Shown here piece by piece: positions 1 to 9,835 of a stretch of 38,199 bases of DNA. Both the position numbers and the translations under genes were made by a program. The notes under the pieces are model-generated. The model saw only the letters and a program-made list of their open reading frames with translations, did not search any database and had not been told where the DNA came from. How positions within the stretch are numbered: the first letter of the stretch is position 1; each line of letters begins with the position of its first letter. Source of the DNA: a virus (Duplodnaviria > Caudoviricetes); IMG/VR virus record IMGVR_UViG_3300049782_000136, positions 1 through 38,199 of that record. One strand, given 5' to 3'.

Positions 1-261
1 TTGAATCTTGAAGCTTTGGCTCAATATCGAAGACAAAAAAAGATTAAACAAGCTAAAATAGCTGTAGCTCTTGGACTAAAGACTCCTGGTGGTTATTCTC
101 GGATAGAGACTGGCGATGTTGACTTCCCGACCAAAAAACTTCCGAAACTGGCTGAAGGCTTAGGTATAAGTTTAAAAGAATTGCTGAATATACTTTTTTT
201 TGACTTTAAATGTGAGAAAAACTCACAGAAAGCTGCTCGATATAAAAAAACAGGAAGCTGA
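1..261 (+). CDS. XRE/Cro-like helix-turn-helix regulator
   Basis: HTH_3 pattern (RRQKKIKQAKIAVALG..GGYSRIETG...KLAEGLG); first gene of a rightward early operon. Confidence 0.85.
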   Translation: MNLEALAQYRRQKKIKQAKIAVALGLKTPGGYSRIETGDVDFPTKKLPKLAEGLGISLKELLNILFFDFKCEKNSQKAARYKKTGS

Positions 262-336
262 CAACTCTGTAATATTTTGCATGAAAATGTATTTATACAC
301 AAGACGGAAAATTCGTTCTATTTTGGAGGTGGAGAG

Positions 337-492
337 GTGGAGAAAATTTATCATCTTGGAAATACAACAGTCACCATAGTTGCTCCTGTAATCACTGAGG
401 AAGAAAAACTGAAACGTTTACGAAATATCGAGAGCCATATCTATCATCTGCTGAAAAAGAAATTACAAAAGTCAGATGACTTTGCTAGTTAA
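337..492 (+). CDS. small phage hypothetical protein
   Basis: GGAGG RBS before GTG at 337; typical post-Cro small ORF. Confidence 0.6.
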   Translation: MEKIYHLGNTTVTIVAPVITEEEKLKRLRNIESHIYHLLKKKLQKSDDFAS

Positions 493-520
493 TTTATGAC
501 ATTGGAAGGAGGTGTAACCA

Positions 521-652
521 ATGTTCGGACGGATCGGCAAGGTGTACAACGGTACGCCAAAGGTGAAAGACCTCAAACGTGGCAGCATCCAGAATCTTCG
601 TGATGCTGCTGTGAAAGAGGAGCAGAAGAAAAAGGAGGGCAAACGACCATGA
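521..652 (+). CDS. 43-aa basic hypothetical protein (not in ORF track)
   Basis: Strong GGAGGTG RBS; ATG 521 to TGA 652; ATGA overlap with the next gene. Confidence 0.65.
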   Translation: MFGRIGKVYNGTPKVKDLKRGSIQNLRDAAVKEEQKKKEGKRP

Positions 653-873
653 ACACGAGATACAACAAACGATTGACCACCGTTGTAGAGAATCGACATT
701 TGAAACAGCTGGAAGATAGAGAATTGGAACTTCGAAATGAGGCATTCGAGAAATATGTACATGGTTTCATTGATATCAATCAATCACTTCTACTTATCCA
801 GAAAGCTGATCGAATCAGTGAGAAGCGTAGACAATTTATTGAAAGCTTAGCGGTCAAATATCCGATATGTTAA
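649..873 (+). CDS. hypothetical protein
   Basis: AAGGAGG RBS, translationally coupled to the previous ORF. Confidence 0.65.
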   Translation: MNTRYNKRLTTVVENRHLKQLEDRELELRNEAFEKYVHGFIDINQSLLLIQKADRISEKRRQFIESLAVKYPIC

Positions 874-1055
874 TCCAGATAAGCTCACATCTCCACTGGG
901 AGGAGGTGAGATGGCTGGAACGGGAAGCAATCGAAGACGAGATCGAGCGAAAGCAAGAGCTGGTAACGATTTATATGGAGGCTGGAAAGACAGAAGAAGC
1001 TGGCAGATTATCAGCAGATATCACAAGTCTATTGGAAGAACTAAAAAAGCTATAG
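867..1055 (+). CDS. small helical hypothetical protein (start uncertain)
   Basis: Acidic helical ORF; the GGAGGTG near 902 suggests a later start. Confidence 0.5.
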   Translation: MLIQISSHLHWEEVRWLEREAIEDEIERKQELVTIYMEAGKTEEAGRLSADITSLLEELKKL

Positions 1056-1066
1056 GGGGTGTGGAA

Positions 1067-1225
1067 ATGGTTTGGACAGATGATGAAAAACGCAAGCAGA
1101 AAGAGATCGAAAAGTTCTTGGAAGCGAAACGCAAAGCAGAACAAGTGTACAGCAAAGAGGCAACAAAAGAGTTTTCAAAAGAGTACGGCTATAAAACAAT
1201 AGAAAAGCGCCCCACCAAATGGTAG
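1067..1225 (+). CDS. hypothetical protein
   Basis: GGGGGTG RBS before ATG 1067. Confidence 0.55.
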   Translation: MVWTDDEKRKQKEIEKFLEAKRKAEQVYSKEATKEFSKEYGYKTIEKRPTKW

Positions 1226-1464
1226 AACGCCCTGAACAGGCTTTTATTATACCATGTGTGACTGCAAAGGAGCAATGGAAAATGATGATTGATATAGATG
1301 AGGTAGTAGAGATTGTAGGCAAGGCATTTCGTCAGGCAAGTAACAGCACCATTGGATACAAGAGCGATCAGGCGTTGGAAGTAGCTGCTAAGAAGATCAT
1401 GACAGAGTTACAGATTCACTACCTGATTCATCGCCTAGCACAAAAAGAAAGCATCGAGCAGTAA
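1219..1464 (+). CDS. hypothetical protein
   Basis: ORF overlapping the previous stop, in the operon. Confidence 0.55.
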   Translation: MVERPEQAFIIPCVTAKEQWKMMIDIDEVVEIVGKAFRQASNSTIGYKSDQALEVAAKKIMTELQIHYLIHRLAQKESIEQ

Positions 1465-1514
1465 TCAAACAGATAGGGGCTTGTTTTGCCCCTTCTTATA
1501 TAGGGGGTAACGGT

Positions 1515-1718
1515 ATGAAGAAATCTAGAAAACCGAATGACATATCTAAAATGCTAACGATTGCTCCAAGGATTGAGGCTGATTATGATTACATACCTGA
1601 ACGAAGGATGCTTGAATTGAAAAATCTGGGTGTTAGATCAAACGTACTAGGTTACATCGCTTGTGGAATTCAATTTCTGTTTTCTTTACATGGTAAGAAA
1701 GATGGGGTTCGAAAATGA
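1515..1718 (+). CDS. hypothetical protein
   Basis: AGGGGGT RBS; ATGA coupling to the next ORF. Confidence 0.55.
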   Translation: MKKSRKPNDISKMLTIAPRIEADYDYIPERRMLELKNLGVRSNVLGYIACGIQFLFSLHGKKDGVRK

Positions 1719-1900
1719 AAGAAATTTTTTGTTTGGAACCACAAAAAATTTCTGCTCTAAAAACGATGAATATTCCAGATAAAGAGTTAGATGGGCTTGA
1801 CTCTATTGAAGTTCAGGAGGTAATCAATCAAAAGTATTTGGAGTGGATGTCCAATTACATTGATTTCAATTGGGAAGTTATCGAGGAGGAATCCATGTGA
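1715..1900 (+). CDS. hypothetical protein
   Basis: Coupled ORF, acidic. Confidence 0.6.
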   Translation: MKEIFCLEPQKISALKTMNIPDKELDGLDSIEVQEVINQKYLEWMSNYIDFNWEVIEEESM

Positions 1901-2076
1901 AAGAAGGCTCCTTATTTGTTAGTGAATTAGGACAAGTGTTTGAAATAGTGAGAGTTACTTGTGAGATCAAAAGATCCAATGGAGAGACATTCACACTGGA
2001 CGCATCTACTTTGGACTATTTAAAAAAAGCGAACATGATTTTCATGGTTACGGCAGATGACCCCAAATGCTCTTAA
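1897..2076 (+). CDS. hypothetical protein
   Basis: GAGGAGG RBS; GTGA overlap with the previous ORF. Confidence 0.6.
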   Translation: MKEGSLFVSELGQVFEIVRVTCEIKRSNGETFTLDASTLDYLKKANMIFMVTADDPKCS

Positions 2077-2231
2077 CGATCGTTATGGGTGGGATAGTAA
2101 TGATTCTTGTTGTTCGATGGATCAAAGAAACAAAGCAAGTCTGCACAAATCAGAAAGAACTGGAAAGAACCATTCAAGATTTTATAAATAGTATCGAGCA
2201 ATCCAGACAGGCATTAGCCAAAAGGAGATGA
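2067..2231 (+). CDS. 54-aa protein with N-terminal transmembrane helix and coiled coil (not in ORF track)
   Basis: MLLTIVMGGIVMILVVRWIKETKQ...; fills the gap between neighbours; weak RBS. Confidence 0.5.
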   Translation: MLLTIVMGGIVMILVVRWIKETKQVCTNQKELERTIQDFINSIEQSRQALAKRR

Positions 2232-2237
2232 GGAGTT

Positions 2238-2483
2238 ATGTATCGATTCACTTTTGAAAGACGCATTCCATTGGAAGGAGGGACGTTTGTCTCAGAGTTT
2301 GATGTGGTAGCAGCCAACTTGGGAGAGGCAGGATATAAAGCAGTGCAACAAATTGATGAGAATCTACCTAGCTGGTTGCTCCAAGAAGACTGTGTTTGCT
2401 TGTTAGGAAATTTAGTGAGAGGGGTCAAAATAGATGCTTCCTATCAAAACCAAGCCGTTTCAGCATCAGATTCAGGCATTTGA
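2238..2483 (+). CDS. hypothetical protein
   Basis: AAGGAG/GAGGAG RBS. Confidence 0.55.
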   Translation: MYRFTFERRIPLEGGTFVSEFDVVAANLGEAGYKAVQQIDENLPSWLLQEDCVCLLGNLVRGVKIDASYQNQAVSASDSGI

Positions 2484-3852
2484 GTTTGGAATGAGGAATC
2501 CTTCCACTGCTTTGCTCATGGAGCAAGGTTGTGGAAAAACACTTACTACTATTGCCATCGCAGGAGCTCGATTTTTGCAGAGAGAGGTTAGAAAGTTACT
2601 TGTCATTGCCCCAACATCTGTTGTTCCCGTTTGGCCCAAAGAATTTGATGTACATGCAGATTTTCCTTTTGAGGTAAAAGCCTTGGAAGGTTCCACAACC
2701 AAACGGAAACAAACAATTTCCACTTGGAATTCGGATTCATCTGTTCTACAGGTTGCGGTGATCAACTACGAGGGAAGTTGGCGAATGGATGATGTTCTTC
2801 GCAAATGGAAACCAGAGATGATCGTCTTGGATGAATCCCAACGAATTAAGTCTCATACCGCAAAGCAAAGCAAGGAAATCCATAAACTAGGCACCTTGGC
2901 AAACTATCGCATTATCCTAACTGGAACACCGATTACCAATGGGCCGATGGAATTTTTCTCTCAATATAAATTTTTGAATCCTAGCATTTTCGGAAACAGT
3001 TTCTACAGTTTCCGCAGTAGATACGCTACTATGGGCGGTTATCAGAATTACCAAATCATTGGATATAAAAATTTGGATGAACTCACTCAAAAAGCTCATG
3101 CCGTCGCGTATCGAGTGACCAAAGAGGATGCGCTGGATTTACCAGAGTTCACCGATCAGATCCTCTATTGTGAACCAGAATCGACAGCCCTTTCTACTTA
3201 TCACAAAGTAGCATCTGAGAGCTATGTGGAGTTAGAAAAATGCGTTGTGTCTGCCAGTACGGTCTTAACCAAGCTGCTCAGGCTGTCACAGATTACTGGC
3301 GGTTATGTAGGTGACGAGGACGGCGGTGTTATCCAAGTTTCAAAAGCAAAACAAAAGGTATTAGCGGAAACGATGGATGATCTCATCTCAGCTGGTAAAA
3401 AGGCAGTTGTCTTTGCCAGATTCATTCCTGAAATCCAAGCGATTGAGAAAATGTTAGAACAGAAAAAGATTGGTTTTGTCAGGATCTCAGGAGGAACCAC
3501 CAATAGAGGAGCTTTAGTGGATCAGTTCCAGAACGACCCTAATTGCAAGGTTTTCTTAGGGCAGTTAAAGGCAGTTCGGGAAGGATTGACCCTAACCGCA
3601 GCAGATACCGCCATTTTCTATAGTCTCGATTATTCCTATGCCGATTATGCCCAGGCAAAAGCGCGGATACATCGGATTGGTCAAAAGAATCACTGCACCT
3701 ACGTTCACCTGATTGTGAAGGATACAGTCGATGAGCAAGTGATGGAAGCTCTAGCGAACAAGAAGAGCATGGCGGATCTCATTGTAGACAACTGGAGAAA
3801 GCTGTTTAAAGGGGGAAAGAAACATGGAATCAACCGTGTTCGAGTTAGCTGA
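2434..3852 (+). CDS. SNF2-family DEAD/DEAH-box helicase
   Basis: Walker A MEQGCGKT, LDESQRIK, LTGTP, EGLTL and QAKARIHRIGQ motifs. Confidence 0.95.
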   Translation: MLPIKTKPFQHQIQAFEFGMRNPSTALLMEQGCGKTLTTIAIAGARFLQREVRKLLVIAPTSVVPVWPKEFDVHADFPFEVKALEGSTTKRKQTISTWNSDSSVLQVAVINYEGSWRMDDVLRKWKPEMIVLDESQRIKSHTAKQSKEIHKLGTLANYRIILTGTPITNGPMEFFSQYKFLNPSIFGNSFYSFRSRYATMGGYQNYQIIGYKNLDELTQKAHAVAYRVTKEDALDLPEFTDQILYCEPESTALSTYHKVASESYVELEKCVVSASTVLTKLLRLSQITGGYVGDEDGGVIQVSKAKQKVLAETMDDLISAGKKAVVFARFIPEIQAIEKMLEQKKIGFVRISGGTTNRGALVDQFQNDPNCKVFLGQLKAVREGLTLTAADTAIFYSLDYSYADYAQAKARIHRIGQKNHCTYVHLIVKDTVDEQVMEALANKKSMADLIVDNWRKLFKGGKKHGINRVRVS

Positions 3853-4231
3853 TCAATTGAAAGCATTAAAAGATCAAAAAGCTCAAATGGAAACAAAAAT
3901 CAAGGAGATTAACAAAGGGATAGATCAAGCACAATCGAGATTACTTCAGTCGATGATAGATGAAGAGGTAGGAAAGTTTGATCGTAGTGGATTTACGTTT
4001 TATAGCAGCAGCAGAGTTCATGCCAGCGTAAGAGCTGGATGTAAGCCTCAAATCATGGAGTGGTTGAAGCAATCACCGTATCGTGACTTGGTGAAAGAAG
4101 ATGTGAATGCAAGAACATTAGAATCTTGGGCTCGTGAATTTTTAAGTGAAAACGATGAGTTACCAGATGAAATACAAGATTGGATGCACGTTTTTGAAAA
4201 ACAAACTATTTCCATTCGGAAAGCAAAATAA
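3824..4231 (+). CDS. conserved phage replication-module protein (N-terminal coiled coil)
   Basis: Coiled coil plus VNARTLESW motif; lies between helicase and SSB-like gene. Confidence 0.7.
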   Translation: MESTVFELADQLKALKDQKAQMETKIKEINKGIDQAQSRLLQSMIDEEVGKFDRSGFTFYSSSRVHASVRAGCKPQIMEWLKQSPYRDLVKEDVNARTLESWAREFLSENDELPDEIQDWMHVFEKQTISIRKAK

Positions 4232-4245
4232 GGAGGCCAATAGAA

Positions 4246-4992
4246 ATGGCAAAAACAGAAGAATTTTTGGTACCAGTTGAAGTGTTTCAGTTTCCAGTTG
4301 TTCAAAATGATGAAGAGTTAGCAGAAGAAATGGATGGTGTTTACCTCTCTTTTGATCGTGTGAAGATTCCATCAGGTGGTGGAGTTGCATTTGAAGTACC
4401 TGGAGACGATCCTGATAGCCCTGACATGGTAAAAGAATTAATCGGAGTGATTATCGATCACTATCCCGTTCAGACCTATTATGAAAATCCACTTTCTGGA
4501 GAGAGCACTCCACCAAACTGCTACTCCAATGACGGAAAGATTGGTATTGGTGATCCAGGTGGTAACTGTGCCAAGTGTCCGATGAATCAATGGGATAGTG
4601 GTCGAAACGGAAAAGGAAAAGCATGTAAATCACAACGCCGTTTGTTTCTATTTCGCGAGGGAGAAGGATTGCCTATTGAATTAACTCTTCCACCTACTAG
4701 CTTAAAAAATTTCAATAATTTCATAACCAAACGAATTGTAGGAAAAGGTCGTAGGACGCACGGTGTTCTAACGAAAGTAACCTTGAAGAAGTGCAAAAAC
4801 GCCAATGGAATTGATTACAGTGAAGCACAATTTGCCGTCATTCGAGATCTATCTGCAGAAGAAAAAGTACAGTCTAAGATCTATTCCAGTGACATGAAAG
4901 AATTCACTCGTCGTCAAAATGTACTGGATGATTATGAAGAGCCGACAGTTAGTGAAACTAACGACTCAACATCAGAAGAAGACTTTGCTTAA
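4246..4992 (+). CDS. putative single-stranded DNA-binding protein with Cys cluster
   Basis: Acidic C-terminal tail ending EEDFA; C..CAKC..C motif; replication-module position. Confidence 0.6.
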   Translation: MAKTEEFLVPVEVFQFPVVQNDEELAEEMDGVYLSFDRVKIPSGGGVAFEVPGDDPDSPDMVKELIGVIIDHYPVQTYYENPLSGESTPPNCYSNDGKIGIGDPGGNCAKCPMNQWDSGRNGKGKACKSQRRLFLFREGEGLPIELTLPPTSLKNFNNFITKRIVGKGRRTHGVLTKVTLKKCKNANGIDYSEAQFAVIRDLSAEEKVQSKIYSSDMKEFTRRQNVLDDYEEPTVSETNDSTSEEDFA

Positions 4993-4999
4993 GCCAAAT

Positions 5000-5029
5000 A
5001 ATGGAGAGCCAATGGGTTCTCCATTTTCT
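5000..5029 (+). terminator. hairpin / weak intrinsic terminator
   Basis: aatggagagcc..ggttctccatt followed by a short T run. Confidence 0.45.
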
Positions 5030-5068
5030 AACCAAGAATCTGCTAGGACTAATAGGGAGAGAAAAGTC

Positions 5069-5284
5069 ATGAAAACAAAGTTGTTGTTTAAGATGCTGGA
5101 TGGCTCAGAATTTGATATTACAGTTCATCAGGAAAAAACGGAAGTTTGGAAAAAGTTATCGCATTTTAATCCGGATCAAGAAGTGTTTCTCAAATTGGGA
5201 AGAACGGAGGGTAAGTCGCTGATTATTTCTATGACGAAAATCGAATCGGTTTACATGAAGGTCATAGGGAGTGAAGAAGCATGA
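5069..5284 (+). CDS. hypothetical protein
   Basis: AGGGAG RBS before ATG 5069; ATGA overlap with the primase gene. Confidence 0.6.
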   Translation: MKTKLLFKMLDGSEFDITVHQEKTEVWKKLSHFNPDQEVFLKLGRTEGKSLIISMTKIESVYMKVIGSEEA

Positions 5285-5907
5285 ATACTACAGTTGCCAT
5301 TCATTTTTTTGAGGCAATGTACGGAGATTGTAAAGAAGGTTATCTGACACTGTGGACCAAGCAAGGGAAGAAAACCTATTGGTTTGAGGTTATCGATTAT
5401 GAAGAAGCAGCTGCTACAGCTGTTCAATTAGCGAGAATGAAACGGGATGTTTATTTTGGAGTTGCTCTACGCAAAGAGGAACTACCTGCACCGCAACGTG
5501 GATCGATTCAGGATGTATCACTTTTGCCAGGAGTTTGGATGGATATCGATATTGCAAGTGATGCTCATGTTCAAAAGGATCTGCCTCCTAATTTAGATGC
5601 GGCCATTCAACTATTACAGCAATTTCCTCTTCCTCCATCCATTTTGGTCAACAGTGGTCATGGATTACATGGTTATTGGAAATTTGTTGAACCGTGGATT
5701 TTGGATACAGAAGAAATAAGGGAACAGGGTATCCAATGCCTTTCCGATTTTCAAGGTACTATTCGCAACTATGCCTTTCAGAAGGGATGGAAACTCGATA
5801 ATACTGCAGATTTAGCCCGTGTACTTCGTGTGCCAGGGACTCTGAACTACAAAGGTGATCCAATTGACGTTACTATCCTATCTGAAAACTATTCCAACGT
5901 ATCATAG
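5281..5907 (+). CDS. RepB-like AEP primase domain (N-terminal part of a split primase-helicase)
   Basis: WMDID, SGHGLHGYW and DLARVLRVPGTLNYK motifs. Confidence 0.85.
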   Translation: MNTTVAIHFFEAMYGDCKEGYLTLWTKQGKKTYWFEVIDYEEAAATAVQLARMKRDVYFGVALRKEELPAPQRGSIQDVSLLPGVWMDIDIASDAHVQKDLPPNLDAAIQLLQQFPLPPSILVNSGHGLHGYWKFVEPWILDTEEIREQGIQCLSDFQGTIRNYAFQKGWKLDNTADLARVLRVPGTLNYKGDPIDVTILSENYSNVS

Positions 5908-8209
5908 GGATGATCTAAAAAAATTCTTTAATCCGCTTAAGATCCATTCTCCAGTGGTTTATCAAAAGCGTAGAAAAAAGAAGAGCGAGAGTGAATTTCC
6001 TCTTGCTCAAATCCATCCTATACATCAAGGATGTAGCTGGTTGGAGCATTGTGAACATGATGCAAGGTCACTCCCGGAACCAGAGTGGCATGCGATGTTG
6101 TCCATCTTGGGGAGATGCGAGGATGGAGAAAATCTAGCTCATGAATGGAGTAAGCCGTATAAGGGTTACAGCGAACAGGAAACCGAGAAAAAGCTGATCC
6201 ATGCAGTGGAAGATGCTGGTCCAGTCACTTGTCAACGAGTTTGGGAATTGACAGGTGGAACGTATTGCAAAGGATGTGAAGTTTGGGGTGCTATTACCAG
6301 TCCGATCAATTTAGGAACTCCTAGCAAAGAAGAAGAGAGTCTTTCTCAGATCGAACAGGTTGTAAAAGAATCTATTGCATCCAATGATCCCGGTATTGTG
6401 TACCAAAAGGAAAATATAGAAGCATTTCGAGTGCTAAAAGAAAAATCGGCCAATGATTTCGCCAGGCTAAAAGCAGAACTCAAAGACAATCTGAAACGAA
6501 GCTTTAATCTCAAAGACTTTGAGAGAGCGATCAAACAAGCTGGGAAAAATAACTTACGAGCAGTAGGAAACAACGAACAGGAAGTAACGCTGGATTCTTT
6601 TCTGGAAGATGTGCCAGTACTAGGGTTAAAAAAACCGGATCGATACAACATGAACATGAATGGAATATGGGAACTCATGTCAGATGAGAAAAAACACATT
6701 TTCCCTGTTCCTTTGATTATCAGTCAACGATTGAAAAACGTAGATTCGGAAGAAGAGAAGATTGAGCTTGCTTATTATCGAGACAATCGATGGAACAGGA
6801 TCATCACAGAAAGATCAGTAGCAATGAGTAAAAGTTCTATCGTAAAACTGGCAGACACTGGATTGCCAGTACATAGTGAAAATGCAAAATCAATCGTTAA
6901 ATTTCTTGGAGCATTCGATGCTGCCAACTTAGATATGAGTTATACGAGATCCGTTAGTCATATGGGATGGGTTGATGATTCCTATGACCGTTTTCTTCCA
7001 GGGAAAGAAGACGGTATACAAATTGATACAAGCAAATCGATGATTCAACGTTTTCAATCCAAAGGAACGATTGAAAAATGGACAGAGAACCTTCGACCCA
7101 TCTTAAAATTTCCCATCGCTCGGTTCATGTTGGCAGCTTCGTTTGCATCACCTTTACTCCGAATAATTGGACATCGAAACTTCTTGATCTACCCATATGG
7201 TGGCACGCGTGGAGGGAAAACAGCTTCTCTCAAAGTAGCTTTATCGGTTTGGGGAAATCCCGAAAAAACAATGGCTTCCTTTCGATCCACACAAAATAGC
7301 TTAGAGCGTCAAGCAGCATTTTACTCCGATTTACCAATGGGAATTGATGAGCGCCAAGTTGTCGGTGATCAACAGGGATTCGTGGAATCCATTGCATACA
7401 TGATGGGCAATGGTCAAAGTCGTGGTAGAGCGACGAGAGACGGGAAACTGCAAACAGAATATACCTGGCACAATATAACCCTTGCAACTGGTGAAGATCC
7501 CCTGAGTAGTGAGAGTTCTTCTGGAGGAATCAAATCAAGGACGTTAGAGATATATGGAAAGCCAATTGATGATGAAGATGTTGCGAGTCACATGCATATT
7601 GCAACCGAAGATGCTTATGGTGTTGCGGGTCCTGTATACATTCGAAAAGTGATAGCAGAACTGATAGAGAATGCGGATAGTTTCAAAGAAGACTATAAAC
7701 ATATTCGGGAACGATTAAAGCAAGAATGCCCAGATAATATCGACAGTCATATTTCTGCTGCAGCTGTAACACTCTTAGGAGATATCTATATGAATGTCTG
7801 GTTCTTTGGACAAGAAGAGGACAGTGCCACTCTAGATGCTATTCGACTAGGAAAAAGTATTTTAGAGAAGTTGGATAAGAAATGGGAAACCGATGATGCT
7901 CAACGAGCCTATGATGCTTTCATGAGTTGGTTTGCCATCAAAGAACATTACTTTATTGATAGTGAAGCACGTGAAAGGTACGGATGGATTGATAATAAGG
8001 TGATTTGTGTTCGGACGCAGGCTTTCAAGGATGCCATGAAAGAACTTGGATTTAATGAACGTAGAACCCGTAGAGATTGGGCTTTACGTGGTTGGATCGA
8101 AGTGGAGAAAAGAGGAAATGAGGAAACGCAGAGATCCGTTGTTCGTAAATGGAACTCCACAACTAAGAAACAAGAAAAGGTAATTGCTGTTATGGTGCAA
8201 ATGGACTAG
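5855..8209 (+). CDS. primase C-terminal (PriL-like 4-Cys) domain plus DUF927 helicase; probably one gene with 5281-5907
   Basis: CSWLEHC...PVTC..YCKGC; Walker A GGTRGGKT; Walker B MGIDE; GRGRA arginine finger; no convincing RBS of its own. Confidence 0.85.
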   Translation: MIQLTLLSYLKTIPTYHRDDLKKFFNPLKIHSPVVYQKRRKKKSESEFPLAQIHPIHQGCSWLEHCEHDARSLPEPEWHAMLSILGRCEDGENLAHEWSKPYKGYSEQETEKKLIHAVEDAGPVTCQRVWELTGGTYCKGCEVWGAITSPINLGTPSKEEESLSQIEQVVKESIASNDPGIVYQKENIEAFRVLKEKSANDFARLKAELKDNLKRSFNLKDFERAIKQAGKNNLRAVGNNEQEVTLDSFLEDVPVLGLKKPDRYNMNMNGIWELMSDEKKHIFPVPLIISQRLKNVDSEEEKIELAYYRDNRWNRIITERSVAMSKSSIVKLADTGLPVHSENAKSIVKFLGAFDAANLDMSYTRSVSHMGWVDDSYDRFLPGKEDGIQIDTSKSMIQRFQSKGTIEKWTENLRPILKFPIARFMLAASFASPLLRIIGHRNFLIYPYGGTRGGKTASLKVALSVWGNPEKTMASFRSTQNSLERQAAFYSDLPMGIDERQVVGDQQGFVESIAYMMGNGQSRGRATRDGKLQTEYTWHNITLATGEDPLSSESSSGGIKSRTLEIYGKPIDDEDVASHMHIATEDAYGVAGPVYIRKVIAELIENADSFKEDYKHIRERLKQECPDNIDSHISAAAVTLLGDIYMNVWFFGQEEDSATLDAIRLGKSILEKLDKKWETDDAQRAYDAFMSWFAIKEHYFIDSEARERYGWIDNKVICVRTQAFKDAMKELGFNERRTRRDWALRGWIEVEKRGNEETQRSVVRKWNSTTKKQEKVIAVMVQMD

Positions 8210-8499
8210 AACGGACTGTAACGGACTACAAACGGACTGTTAAAGAAGTCAGTAATATCAAGTCATTTATATATTAGTAGTCCGTTTAGTCCGTAATTAT
8301 TCAATGTAGATATATATTTTCATCTGATCTGTGTTTCAACTTTTGGTTCAAGTGATACACACAACACAACTGAAAAAGTTTTTACCTTTACCCTCTAAAA
8401 AAACGGACTAAACGGACTATAAGTCTATAAAATCCGCGTGTCTCTAAGGGTAACTAATAGTCCGTTTTATCAAAAAGTATGGACTACAAAATGGACTAG
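8201..8499. repeat. iteron array, putative replication origin
   Basis: 11 copies of (A)AYGGACT(A/G): forward at 8201, 8210, 8220, 8231, 8402, 8411, 8479, 8491; inverted at 8278, 8287, 8458. AT-rich spacer; directly after the helicase. Confidence 0.8.
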
Positions 8500-8513
8500 A
8501 AGGAGGATTCAAA

Positions 8514-8891
8514 GTGGGAATTGCATCAAAACATCTCTCTCAAGATCAGTTAATTCCATCTAGAGAAAAAGAAAACTTCGGATATCAGAGTTTCTGTATA
8601 GACCCTCGACAGGATCTATCTGAAGATCATCATCTATGGAAATGTATTTTACTTCGATCCTATACCGTAAATCCGTATCTAACCCATGTTTTACATGGTC
8701 TTCGATGTGGAGGTACTCGCATCCAGAAAGGAAGAACATGGTATGTGTTACGACCTGATATTGATCCCACTGGAAATCTAGCATGGGATAGCTTGGAGAG
8801 TTATGAAGAGTTACGCGATCGTTATTTAAAACCTCATTTAGATGAATTGATAGATTTACTCAAGCAGTTGACAAAGGAGATAACCAGATGA
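8514..8891 (+). CDS. conserved phage hypothetical protein
   Basis: AAGGAGG RBS; LHGLRCGGTRI motif; follows the origin. Confidence 0.75.
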   Translation: MGIASKHLSQDQLIPSREKENFGYQSFCIDPRQDLSEDHHLWKCILLRSYTVNPYLTHVLHGLRCGGTRIQKGRTWYVLRPDIDPTGNLAWDSLESYEELRDRYLKPHLDELIDLLKQLTKEITR

Positions 8892-9178
8892 AAACAGTCC
8901 CATTAGAATCAGCAATTGTGAAAAGGATACTCACTTGGTTGAATCAGCAGGAAGGTATAAAAGCAGAAAAAACTCATGGTGGAATGTATTCAAAAGCAGG
9001 TAAACCAGACATCACTGGTTGCATCAATGGGCGACGCTTTGAATTTGAGGTGAAGAGACCTGGCAACAAACCTACTAAACTACAGCTGAAAGAATTAAGA
9101 GAGTGGGAAGCAGCTGGAGCAATAATAGGGGTGGTTTATAGCTTAGAAGATGTAAAGGAGATTCTATCTCATGTTTGA
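8888..9178 (+). CDS. VRR-NUC domain nuclease (Holliday-junction-resolvase-like)
   Basis: GKPDI, FEVKRPG and PTKLQ PD-(D/E)xK motifs. Confidence 0.9.
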   Translation: MKTVPLESAIVKRILTWLNQQEGIKAEKTHGGMYSKAGKPDITGCINGRRFEFEVKRPGNKPTKLQLKELREWEAAGAIIGVVYSLEDVKEILSHV

Positions 9179-9458
9179 TGAGGATGAAGATAACCTAGCT
9201 TATAAAAATGGTTGGTTAGTACTTGCACCTGGAGAAGCATATGAAAAGCGTTTTACTGTGAATTCTGCTGTTTATATTTTTAGAACAAATACAAGCTGGA
9301 TCATTTGGAGAGCTTTTTGGGTTCTAGGCAACCCAAAACCAAAATCAGAAAAGAAACTTTCTAGCCATCGAACTTTTAGCCAAGCATTTCTAAGAGCCCA
9401 GAGTTACGTGGAATGGAGAATGAATAATCACATTTATAAAAAAGCTTCTGGAGGATAG
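9171..9458 (+). CDS. hypothetical protein
   Basis: AAGGAG RBS; overlaps the previous gene. Confidence 0.65.
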   Translation: MFDEDEDNLAYKNGWLVLAPGEAYEKRFTVNSAVYIFRTNTSWIIWRAFWVLGNPKPKSEKKLSSHRTFSQAFLRAQSYVEWRMNNHIYKKASGG

Positions 9459-9515
9459 AATACAAAACTTCTGAGAGTCCTATCAACTTCAAGAAATAAT
9501 AAAAGGAGATGATTA

Positions 9516-9728
9516 GTGATGATAGTAAAACAGATAAAAATGAAACCTGTTAATGATGTGACAACTGAATCTTCCAAAGATATTTCGATTGTTTTGGAAG
9601 GTGGAAAAGGAACTCGTTGTTTTTTGACAATTAATAACGATGATAAACAAGTAGAACTTTGTTACGTGGAAATTAGTAAAGAATTATTTTGGGCATTGAA
9701 AAGTGAACTTGGAGTGATCCAAAAATGA
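9516..9728 (+). CDS. hypothetical protein
   Basis: AAAGGAG RBS. Confidence 0.6.
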   Translation: MMIVKQIKMKPVNDVTTESSKDISIVLEGGKGTRCFLTINNDDKQVELCYVEISKELFWALKSELGVIQK

Positions 9729-9835
9729 AATGTATACATGAAAATCTAGAAGATTGCTGGTATACTTCCAGTCCTCCAAAAAGGAGATGTATAGATTGTA
9801 GGGGTTACAAAGAACTTAGAGGAGAAAAATCATGA
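9725..9835 (+). CDS. 36-aa putative zinc-ribbon peptide (not in ORF track)
   Basis: MKCIHEN...RRCIDCRG; GGAG RBS; ATGA overlaps at both ends. Confidence 0.55.
   Translation: MKCIHENLEDCWYTSSPPKRRCIDCRGYKELRGEKS

Noticed and set aside
911-1066. N-terminal half of the 911-1225 ORF
   Set aside because: It overlaps a more protein-like frame, and there is a separate RBS at 1067.
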